Position numbers and translations under genes: made by a program. A stretch of 60,086 nt of DNA, taken from positions 34,100,001-34,160,086 of the forward strand of contig NC_134480.1 in NCBI RefSeq assembly GCF_964194025.1. Reading direction: 5' to 3'. A model generated the notes under the pieces. It saw nothing but the letters and a program-made list of their open reading frames with translations, was not told where the DNA came from and did not search any database. Each line of letters begins with the position of its first letter. Within the stretch, counting starts at the first letter, position 1. The stretch comes from Convolutriloba macropyga. Its lineage: Eukaryota. Positions 37,723 through 48,087 of the stretch are shown here, piece by piece.

Positions 37723-39061
37723 AACAGAAGGGGAATCGCAGAGAAGGAAATCGATAAGACAGAAAGAGAAAGCAAGCTTGCTTGACAAAAGTGATGTCGA
37801 AGTGCCAAATGACCTAGCGTGTTTATTTTTCTTCGCGGTTGATAATAGGTGGTCAAAAGTGCTTATCAAGCATGGTAAGCGATGGCCGGCCGGAATGACA
37901 ACCGCAGAAAAGTTGTCGCTATGTGAGGGCGATTTTGTTGAAATAAAATGTGGACCAAAATACAACATAACCGCTCAAGGTGAATTTCTGCTCCAAGGAG
38001 ATGAACGATCGATCGGGAAAACAGTTAATGAAATTTGTGAACGGAGAGAAAATGGTCTCGATATAAGCCAAATTGACGCTCTACAGATATATGGTGAAGT
38101 AACCGCTGCAAAACGGAGCGAAATTGACAGCGATCACGTGCCCCTAAGTTTTGAAGAGCGGCAGAAAAAAGTTCCAAAACTGCAACATGAAGTAGTCATT
38201 TTTGAGCGAGACGAGATTCCCGATGATCCCGAAATTGAGTGCGAACTTTTCAACGAGTTCCTTAATTTTTCTAAAAAGAGGTTGGATGGGGCTGAAGGTT
38301 CGTCAAGTAGGAAACAACCAGAGCCTCAAACTTCTGGTAGCGGAGAAGTAAGCGGTTTTTTGTTGTGATTTTTCAATATTTGTTATAGAACAGCTTTGAG
38401 CTAATAAAGTTAAGATTTGAAAGAGAATAACTTTAAAACGTTTTTGACATATAGTTTAAAAACAACTTTGTAAGTAGGTCTCATGTATTGATTTTAAATT
38501 TTTGTAAAGGAAGTGAACTGGGGACAGTTCAAACATTTAATGGATCGAATCGCAGCCAGGTTGGATGCCAGCAATGAAGTGTTGTCGCAATACATGACTT
38601 TTGCAAAAAAAGCCATGGATGAGTTGAATCGCTTGCATCAAAACAGCCTGCCGAATCTAGATGTTCCTCTGGATGAAGAAGAAGATGAAAACATAGAAAA
38701 GGAAAAGTTTTTCTATAAAGGAACGGATCTCCTTGCTCTTGGAGGGACAACATATAGAGAGAGAGCTCTCAATATTGCTAATCATGTTTGGGACGAGGAG
38801 GAAAGGATGATATACTGTATAGAGCCGAAGAAGACTCTAACCAAAGGTCGAGAAAAAGCAGACAAGGAAAGAAGCGATGTGTTGAGGGATGTTATGAAGT
38901 GTATAATGAAAAGCGATTTCTCAGAGGATACCTATCGTTCGATTTTAAAGAATGTTAATCAACAAGGCGTTGACATGGGGTTTAGGAAGCGAAAATCCCT
39001 CCAAAAGGAAAATGAAGCTCCTTCCGCAAGTCTGGAAGAGAATTCTGCCAATCAGGATTAA
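37723..39061 (+). CDS. BEN-like domain protein A (exons ~37723-38347 and 38510-39061; start exon not defined)
   Basis: Phase-0 intron GAA|GTAAGC...TTGTAAAG|GAA joins ORFs 37778 and 38513. A predicted coiled coil precedes YKGTDLL..RALNIANHVWDEEERM..GREKADKERSDVLRDVM..YRSILKNVNQQGVD, which has BEN-like spacing. Confidence 0.7.
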
Positions 39062-39715
39062 TATCAGGTGCGCTTGTTGGACGCCTGATGAAGGTTGAAT
39101 GTACTGTTTGCTTGCTTTACTAACTTGACTTTCGTGTAATTTGCTGGCTGGATATTATTGTTTTTGATTATCCAAAGTGCTCCAATATTCATCTTTCAAT
39201 TTCTCCGAAAATTAATAAAGTAAACGGTTTTATAAAATATCAGGTGCTCTTGTGGGACGCCTGAATTGCTCCAATAATCATTAATTTTCGGAAAATTAGT
39301 AAAGTAAACGTTAAGTATGAGATGGATTTGTAACTGTTGCTTGGTAATGAAACGGAAGCTCCGTTCTGCTAAAGTTGACTGTTGATTATTACATGTATCC
39401 GTTGTTGTTCTTTATTTAATGTTAGTCATATTGAAAGCAGGCGCTCTTGTGGGACGTCTCTTCAATTTTTTTGACTCTTCGTTTGTTCCATTGGTTAACT
39501 TTGTTCTTGCTACGGTCTCTTTATTTCAATTCTTTCTCTTCAATTCTTTTGCTTCAAAACCACAAACTGGATTTTAAGAATTTGAATTTGTTATTTTTTT
39601 CTCTTAGGTTTGACAGAAATTTTTTTCAGATAGTTTTTATGCTACTGTTGTGCTTATCATTTGTCAATTTGAATCTAAATTTCCAGAGTCATTTGGATTA
39701 GCCTTTATCCCAATA

Positions 39716-40765
39716 ATGGAAAATAACGATGACGTTGGTAGTCAGGTAAAAATCTTTACTCTACTTTGATTGATCTTTTTGCAAATATCAGTTTCCGTCT
39801 GATTTTTTTGAAATTCACCGCTCTAGCCACCTTCAAAGCGACTCAAAATCAAACAAGGCACAGGCGATGTTTGCATCGACGCCTTGAAAAACGTGGAGGA
39901 GGCACTTAGACGGAGTAATAAACTCGAGGTTGAAGCCAGAAACCAGATGTTGGCTATCTCCAGATTGATGAGGCAAATTGTAAGTCTTACAATTTTTTTT
40001 GACCATTATAAGTCTAAATCCGTTTTTTTTGCGTTATGGCCAACTTGTATTTTTTTTCGCTTAAATAGAATACAAAAGAAGCTGAGAAAAGGCGACGAGA
40101 CGCCGTCGGCAAGTTATACTACAAAGGAAAAGATCTTCTCGCTTTCGATGGTGCCAGAGACGATTACGCAGGTTTTGGCCGCTTCTTAAACCGCTGCTTA
40201 CTGACAAAAGAGGAAAGGATGAAAACTTGTTGGTTCGCGCAACGGACAACAGCAGAGGGGCGAACCACTGCTTCAGAGGAAGATGAAAAGTTTTTCCGAG
40301 GTTCTGATTTAAAATTGCTCTTTTTGTTTTAAGGTGGCGGAGTCTTTCCTTTTTTGTGATCTGAAATGCTGTCGTTGAAACAAATGAACGTCTGCTAAGA
40401 TACGTGATTGTGTGAGGAGTATCACGGCAGATTTAGATTACTATTTCAAAAATCTTAACCCTTTTAATATGAATACCACCACTTGTCGTTCAGGAGCATT
40501 TCATCCGAAGTCAGTCGGTTTTTTGTTCTTAAGTCACAATTTTCAGTTAATAAAGTTCATGAAAATTACTTGCAGCCAAAAATTTGTTTATATTGAACAA
40601 TGACCGTATAGCTATTTTAGTATTATTTTCTCTTGTTTTAATGTTTCAGAAGCGGTTAAAAGATTCTGCGGCGACAACCTATATGCACTCCGTCGTGTGA
40701 AAGACGCTGCAAATGCATTGGGTGTTCGTGAACGCTGTGAAAAACTCACGGAACAGAGTAATTAG
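39716..40765 (+). CDS. BEN-like domain protein B, 4 exons (39716-39745, 39827-39979, 40069-40300, 40650-40765), 176 aa
   Basis: GT-AG introns with compatible phases give MENNDDVGSQ/PPSKRLK..LMRQI/NTKEAEKRRRDAVGKLYYKGKDLLAFDGARDDYAGFGRFLNRCLLTKEERMKTCW..GRTTASEEDEKFFR/EAVKRFCGDNLYALRRVKDAANALGVRERC..*. It aligns collinearly with the C-terminus of protein A. Confidence 0.75.
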
Positions 40766-41171
40766 CTAGAAAGTTGCAAACATGGATTGCCTTCAGTTGT
40801 AGTTTCTATTGAACTTTTGATCTGTGCTCTGAAAGGGACACAGATAGTGCTTTATGAGTAAAAAAATGGATTCCTTGTTCTATTTTACGGCGGAGCGTCT
40901 TTAATAAAGGTGGACTGTTTTTTATAGAGTTTAGTGTTTAATTAAATTGCTGCGAAGTGTTGAGTGAAATTTCATTGGCCTTTTGAGAATTTGAGGACAA
41001 TTTTATGTACTTTGTGATGCGTCATGCTTACGCTACACTCATTTAACTGTGCTCCTTTATTCTTTTCAACAATAAGAGTGAAACAATTGCAGCTGTTTTT
41101 AATCTACTGGGTACGTTAATTTAGATCCAGAAGTGCATTCGCTCAATGCAGTTATTTTTTCTAGATAAAAA

Positions 41172-44121
41172 ATGACTCAAGATCTTCTGAAGTTCTATGT
41201 TTCCACCGCGAAAAATCTGAGCAAGGCAACTGTTAATTGGAGAGAGTTAGCCAAAGTTGATGGCAAGCTGACGTGTAAGTGGGTTGACGAGAACGAGGCT
41301 CAATCACACAAGTTAACTGTAGACGCCGGTGGCGATGGGACTGATACCGCCGATGTAATACTTGTGCATGATTTTCTAGATGCAGAATATGGGAAAAGTA
41401 AAGTATCGGTAGAGTATAAAACTGTAAGTTACTTGCCATCTGAAAAATTTCAACAATTTGGTTTGTTTGCTAAAAGCGATTTTGCTAGAGGTAGCGTAAT
41501 TAATGGGGTAACAGGATTTCTTGCGGAAATCAAGGATGACGAAATTGTTGCTGGGTTAAATGATGTTTCGATTCTGTATAGTCAGCACAAAGATATTCAG
41601 TGGGTTATGCTAGGTCCAATATCGTTTATCAACGCGTCTTGTAAAGCTAATGTTGAATATAGGCAGAAAGGAAATATTGTTTTTTGCGTCGCGTTGAAAG
41701 ATATTAAGATAGGTGATGAGCTAACTGTATACTACTACCGGCATTTTTTCGGCAGATTCAATGAGAATTGTCTATGTCCCTATAAATTGATGCACGGTGA
41801 CCCTTGTCCAAATGACCCTGAGCCAACGAGGAAGCGTAAAAAACTGCAAAATGTTTCAGACGTTTTAACGCCGCAAGGAACCGTAAGCTCACCTGACCAA
41901 ACGCCTGTTCGCAGAATTTTTCTTGAGAAGTTTCCACCAAGGCGGGCTCTGTGTGATACCCCTGCTAATGAAAATGGAAGTGATTCAGAAACTTTTTTGT
42001 CGTACAAGTCTTTTTTTGGTGATATAGAATCTTTTTCTAGTCCCGCTAATCTATCTGAATCATCAAATGCAAATGCACTTAACAGTGGTAATGATTCAGA
42101 ATCCTTGCCAGATGAGCAGGGTTTTTTTAACGAACCTGTGGTTGAGTGCTCAACTCCTCTTAGGCTTGATGTGTTTGAAACTAATGGAGATGAAGATGCC
42201 AGATACGATGAAACTGATATCAAAGACTTTTTTTTTCAGGAAGACGGCTTGCCACTTTTCGCTGGAGCCCATTCCTCAACAGAGAGTTTCATGAGAGCTT
42301 TTGAAACTGTTGCAGATAAACATAAAATGTCAAAAATAGCACGATCAGATGTCTTAAAACTTTTTGCCAGAAATTTACCCGTTCCGAATAACTTGTTTGA
42401 AAAATTGTCCATTCCTCATTTGCCAACGGTTAGCAAATATGAATACCAAAATGCTAGTTTTTGTTGCGTTGATGTCAAAAACCAAATTGAAAAAATTTTG
42501 AGCAAAAATTCTGATTTTGTTATCAAATCCTGGAGCAGTGAATGCTTTTGGGAAACAAAGTGGGACTGTTTTTTATCTCAAGAAATACAGCTGGTTTTAA
42601 ACATAGATGGTGCCCCTATTTTTAAATCGTCAAAAATCTCAGTTTGGCCCATATGGGTTCAAATTTTTAATCTTCCATGTTGAGAGGAGCATTTTGTAAC
42701 TTGTCACTATTAGGTCTATGGCATGGGAAAGCAAAGCCGGATTTCGGGAAACTGTTACCAATTCTAGTGTATGAGCTGGAGTCCTTGATTGATGCTAAGC
42801 TAGTTGTTGAAAGTTTAGGTGTCCTAAAATTTCGTGTGCGATCAATCGTTGCAGACATGCCTGCAACCGCTTGTGTACTCTGCATGGTGCAATTTAATGG
42901 ATACTCGTCTTGTCCGCATTGTTTTATTAAAGGTTTTTCTCACCACCATCGTATGCTTTTTCCTGTTAAAAAGGCTTTCAAACTCCGTGAGTCAGTAGAT
43001 TTCAATGCGTGTGGCTATGTTGCTGATGTTTCCAAAGCAGTTACTTGCGGTATAAGGTCCTCAACTCCTCTAAATTAATGAGTCTTCCCTGGGACTGCCC
43101 CATCGATCCCATGCATCAAATATTTTTAGGAACAGGAAAAGTCTTATCAAAATTGATCGTTTCGCTGGCAAAAGGGTCTGTCTTTGAGGCAGCCGAAAAG
43201 CTATTAAAATTAATGAAAATACCCTTCGATATAAAACACAGAGTGAAATCAGTTTCTGAAATAAATTATTGGAAAGCATATGATTTTAAACTTTTCTTTT
43301 TTCACATCGGGCCGTTGGTTTTCAGAAACTTGCCTATTGCCAGGTCTTATTTCGAAAGTTTTTGCTTACTTGTTGTTTCTGTGAGACTGCTATCCAACAT
43401 AAACGTTGAGGAGATTGAAATTTGTGAAGCTGAACGCCTCATTAAGTTGTTTTTTGATAATTTTGTTGACCTGTACGGGCAAGATTCTCAATCATTAAAC
43501 TTTCATACTATGAGACATCTGTGCGAGCAAGTAAGACGAAATGGTCCACTTTGGCTTTTTTCTGCATTTTGTTTCGAATCAGCAAACCATGGTCTTCTGA
43601 GTGCAGTACAGGGCAGCATTAAAAAACCGGAGTCTATAGTAGAGCAGTTTGTAAAACACCAAGCTGCTGTTTCCAATGCTCAAACAAATGAAAGGGAAGC
43701 TTGCTTGAAGGGGTTGACCGTCGTCGATGATAAAGTAAAACTTTTTTGTAAAAACGAAAATGCTGATTTTTTTTTCTCGCGTTTTAAAAACTCTGGGCAA
43801 TGTTTTGCCTCTTTGTCTTATTCTAGAATTGGAAATAATCTTGGTGACTGTCTTTTCCAGCTTGCAGATGAACGTTTTTTCCGTGTTGAGACCTACTTTT
43901 CATGCAATGAAAGAACTTTTGCTGTGGGCAGAGCTGCTAAAAATGCTAATGAGATTTTTTTTCCTAAAATTCAGAACTCCACAGGCTTTTTTTATGAACT
44001 TTTTGGTCTTGAACCACTCGAAATAATTTCTACTAGGAGTATTAAATACAAAACAGTTGTTTCAATACAAGATGCCACAATTCTTGTAAGCGTTTTGAAG
44101 GAGGGTTTTGAACACAATTGA
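41172..44121 (+). pseudogene. Suv4-20-like SET domain fused to an EnSpm/CMC-type transposase (~980 aa if repaired); two frameshifts (~42677, ~43070)
   Basis: SET: NDVSILYS..LGPISFINASCKAN..ELTVYY..FFG..NENCLC. Transposase: LNIDGAPIFKSSKISVWPI..NLP..NLSLLGLW, ADMPA..FNGYSSCPHC, IDPMHQIFLG, WKAYDF, NFHTMRHL..VRRNGPLW..SAFCFES.N. Confidence 0.88.
41454..41807 (+). other. SET and post-SET domain, KMT5B/C (Suv4-20, H4K20 methyltransferase)-like
   Basis: Residues ~95-212 of ORF 41172 match the Suv4-20 signature as recalled: NDFSVMYS..LWLGPAAFINHDCRPN..EISCYY..FFGENNE.CEC. Confidence 0.88.
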
Positions 44122-44329
44122 AGTTCGTGTTCACTTAAGTTCGCCTATCGCAAATTTTTTAAATAATAATAGCTGCGCTGACAGGGCCAGCTGTAAATTT
44201 TTAGAGTTCCAAAGAAAAGGTTTTCAGTATCTTAAGGAAAATGACTTTAAGTTTTTCAAACGAGAGGGTTTTTAGTCTTCTCAGACGAAAATTATTAGGC
44301 GCTATTTTGCTCATAAACTAATAGTTTTT

Positions 44330-44863
44330 TTGTTTAGGAAGTCCTACGTTGTCATTGGAGACAGCAATTTAGTACGACTTGGAGGAGACCTACAACACGA
44401 CAAACTGCTCCAAAAATTTGATATAGTAACGAGATGTCGTCCCGGTCTAAGAGCTAAACATCTTGATTCAGAGGACATTAATTTCTGCGCAAAATATACA
44501 CATTGCATCATCATGTTGGGAAACAATGATATAAGTCAACACCCAACAAAACATTGGATATCACCCGAGAGCCCCTTAAAGACTGCCGCTAGAATTGTTG
44601 GCTTTGCTCTTTGCTTGAAGCAAAAAAATGTGAAAGTTAAAGTAGTAGGATTGTTCGCTCGACCTGATGTCAACTATGGCCTAGTGCAGAACACAAACTT
44701 TTATATAAGCTCTTATATGCAGAGTGACTACGTTGGACCAAGAAAGGTGCATGGCAACCACTTCCTTAGGCCGGGAGCGCCTCGTGATCTTGCGCACTTC
44801 AACATCCACGGGAAAAAACGAGTTCTGGCCCTAATCTTGAGAATCATTGGTTGCCGATTTTGA
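44330..44863 (+). CDS. SGNH/GDSL hydrolase (esterase); 5' exon and start not resolved
   Basis: Blocks VIGDSNL, RPG, MLGNNDI and DLAHFN, so the Ser/Asp/His triad is intact. The frame has no early ATG and begins at a TTTTTTGTTTAG acceptor (~44337). Confidence 0.82.
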   Translation: MFRKSYVVIGDSNLVRLGGDLQHDKLLQKFDIVTRCRPGLRAKHLDSEDINFCAKYTHCIIMLGNNDISQHPTKHWISPESPLKTAARIVGFALCLKQKNVKVKVVGLFARPDVNYGLVQNTNFYISSYMQSDYVGPRKVHGNHFLRPGAPRDLAHFNIHGKKRVLALILRIIGCRF

Positions 44864-44874
44864 GCTTATTTGAC

Positions 44875-46800
44875 ACTTCAGACTGAGACTTAAAACTCCT
44901 CGTTGAGTCATTCATGATATCAACAAAAAAGTAATGTTGCGTTGTAAACAGATTTCGCCCCTTTACCTGGGCTTTTGTACTCAGATTTGATTTCCTCAAT
45001 TCAAAACGTTCGCTTTCAGTTTTATTAACTTAAAAAGCAAAAATGTAAAGATCTTGAACTGCGCTGTCAGGGCCAGTTCGGATATTGTCTCATAACATTA
45101 AATCTCTCATTTTTTGTTTTGGACGCGCCGTGTCCTGTTTTTTCATCTTTTTGGTTGTTTTATGCTTAGGTTTTTTTCTTGGGGAAGTTTTCATCTCCAA
45201 GGCGAATTTTCATCTTGCGGGTTGTGCGTTTTTTGCTCGGCTTTTGTGACACAAGATGTCCCCTTTTTTGTGTTGTTTTTTTACGCGCTTTGCCGTGTTC
45301 TTTGTTTTGTCTTCCGTTTTTTGTTTGCTTCCCTATTTTTAATGGGTGCTGGAAGGGCACATATAGTGTCCAGAAACTTCAAACTGAGACTTACAAATCC
45401 TCGTTGAGTGATTTTTGATATCATTAAAAATGTACTGTTGCCTTTTAAACACAATTCGCCCGTTTTCCTGGGCTTTTGTACTCAGATTTGATTTTCTCTA
45501 ATTCAAAACGTTCGCTCTCAGTTTTATTAACTTAAAAAGCAAAAATGTAAAGATCTTGAACTGCGCTGTCAGGGCAAGTTCGAATATTGTCTCATAAAAA
45601 TAAATCTCTTTTTTGTTTTTGACGCGCCGTGTCCCGTTTTTTTCATCTTTGTTTTTCACAGGCCGAGATTGGTGTCCTCTTTTTTGGCTGTTTTTGCTTC
45701 CGTTTTTTTTTCTTTGGGAAGTTTTCATCTCCAAGGCGAATTTTCATCTTGCGCGTTGTGCTTTTTTTGCTCGGCTTTTGTGACAAGATGTCCCCTTTTT
45801 TGTGTTGTTTTTTTACGCGCTTTGCCGTGTTCTTTGTTTTGTCTTCCGTTTTTTGTTTGCTTCCCTATTTTTAATGGGTGTTGGAAGGGCACATATAGTG
45901 TCCAGAAACTTCAAACTGAGACTTACAAATCCTCGTTGAGTGATTTCTGATATCATTAAAAATGTACTGTTGCCTTTTAAACACAATTCGCCCGTTTTCC
46001 TGGGCTTTTGTACTCAGATTTGATTTCCTCAATTCAAAACGTTCGCTTTCAGTTTTATTAACTTAAAAAGCAAAAATGTAAAGATCTTGAACTGCGCTGT
46101 CAGGGCCAGTTCGGATATTGTCTCATAACATTAAATCTCTCATTTTTTGTTTTGGACGCGCCGTGTCCTGTTTTTTCATCTTTTTGGTTGTTTTATGCTT
46201 AGGTTTTTTTCTTGGGGAAGTTTTCATCTCCAAGGCGAATTTTCATCTTGCGCGTTGTGCTTTTTTTGCTCGGCTTTTGTGACACAAGATGTCCCCTTTC
46301 TTGTGTTGTTTTTTTACGCGCTTTGCCGTGTTCTTTGTTTTGTCTTCCGTTTTTTGCTTGCTTCCCTATTTTTAATGGGTGTTGGAAGGGCACATATAGT
46401 GTCCAGAAACTTCAAACTGAGACTTACAAATCCTCGTTGAGTGATTTTTGATATCATTAAAAATGTACTGTTGCCTTTTAAACACAATTCGCCCGTTTTC
46501 CTGGGCTTTTGTACTCAGATTTGATTTTCTCTAATTCAAAACGTTCGCTCTCAGTTTTATTAACTTAAAAAGCAAAAATGTAAAGATCTTGAACTGCGCT
46601 GTCAGGGCAAGTTCGAATTTTGTCTCATAAAAATAAATCTCTTTTTTGTTTTGGACGCGCCGTGTCCCGTTTTTTTATCTTTGTTTTTCACAGGCCGAGA
46701 TTGGTGTCCTCTTTTTTGGCTGTTTTTGCTTCCGTTTTTTTTTCTTTGGGAAGTTTTCATCTCCAAGGCGAATTTTCATCTTGCGCGTTGTGCCTTTTTT
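44875..46800. repeat. Tandem repeat with alternating ~500/533-bp units (1033-bp dimer)
   Basis: CTGGGCTTTTGTACTCAGATTTGATTT recurs at ~44967, ~45468, ~46000 and ~46501. Confidence 0.92.
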
Positions 46801-48087
46801 TGGGACACGCCATCGTTTTTTGGAAATGTTTTTTCGCTGCTCTGTTTTTTCTCTTGGACTTTTTCTTCTCCAACGTGTTTTTTTTGCGAGGCGCCATCCC
46901 TTTTTGTTTTTGGCTTCCGTGTTATAATTAGTAAGAGACGAAACCCGGAGAGGAGGCGGAGTGGCAGCTGGGGCAGATGATGGGCACGAGTGACTTCGTC
47001 TCCAAGGTGAGTTTCCGCCTTGCGCTTTCTGGGCGCTTCGTGCCTGGTTTTTTGGGACACACCGTGTCTGTTTTTCTTGCGTTCCGTTTTTTGTTCGCTC
47101 TTTGTGCGCGTCCGCGGTTTTTAGATGGGTGTTTGAAGGGCACATATAGTGTCCAGTATTTTGCGCGGTCCTCGTAAATTTGGCGTACTGGGCTTTTGCT
47201 TTGCCCGGCTTGTGCTGGTGCACAATTAGGTTTTAGGTGTTGCTTTGGCCGCATGAGCCGTGTTGTTGCGCTTTTGGGTCCTCAGACCCATTTACCCCTC
47301 CCCTCTTAAGTTTTAGTGCCGTTTTCGTTTGGTGCGCCTTTTTTTGCGACGCGTCATCCCTTCTGCTTTTTGCTGCCCTGTGCTTTGTTTCCCCTGTAAT
47401 GTTTAGTATGAGTCGACACCCCGGGAGGAGTTGGGTTGGCAGCTGGGGAGGATGGCGGGCACGAGGGACTCCAAGGTGAGTTTTCGGCTTGCGCGTTCTG
47501 GGCAGGTCGTGCCTTGTTTTTTGGGACACATCGTGTCCCCTTTTTTGGCGGTGTTTTTTCGCAGCGCTGTTTTTTTCTTGGGGACTTTTTGTCTCCAAGA
47601 TGTTTCCGTCTTGCGTTCTCTGGGCACGTTGTGCTTTGTTTTTTGCTCCGCTTTTGGGACACGCCGTGTCCCCTTTTTTGGCGTTTTTTTTTCGCTGCGC
47701 TGTTTTTTGCTTGGAGACTTTTTGGTCTCCAAATTGAGTTTCCGTCTTGCGGTCTCTGTGCACGTTGTGCCTTGTTTTTTGCTCCGCTTTTGGGACACGC
47801 AACAGTGTCCCCTTTTTGGCGCTGTTTTTTCGCAGCGCTGTTTTTTTCTTGGGGACTTTTTGTCTCCAAGATGTTTCCGTCTTGCTTTCTCGGGGCACGT
47901 TGTGCTTTGTTTTTTGCTCCGCTTTTGGGACACGCCGTGTCCCCTTTTTTGGCGTTTTTTTTCGCTGCGCTGTTTTTTGCTTGGAGACTTTTTGGTCTCC
48001 AAATTGAGTTTACGTCTTGCGGTCTCTGTGCACGTTGTGCCTTGTTTTTTGCTCCGCTTTTGGGACACGCAGCAGTGTCCCCTTTTT
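46800..48087. repeat. T-rich region grading into ~135-bp units with GGGACAC-N-GTGTCCC and G(A/G)GAC-Tn-GTCTCC palindromes
   Basis: Direct reading; strong T>>A strand skew. Confidence 0.88.

Larger units (their letters stand above)
37723..48087 (+). mobile_element. Large CMC/EnSpm (CACTA-type) DNA transposon, copy 1: BEN-A, BEN-B, SET-transposase, SGNH hydrolase and repeat arrays (termini not located)
   Basis: Four co-oriented genes including an EnSpm-type transposase, followed by 3.2 kb of subterminal-type repeats; duplicated as one block. Confidence 0.8.

Noticed and set aside
39884-40189. 101-aa ORF as listed in the track
   Set aside because: Reads through intron 2 of gene B into the wrong frame and is broken in copy 2; the spliced model explains it better.
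41172-41807. SET ORF as the host's own Suv4-20 gene
   Set aside because: It is intronless, divergent, continuous with transposase sequence and duplicated together with the element.
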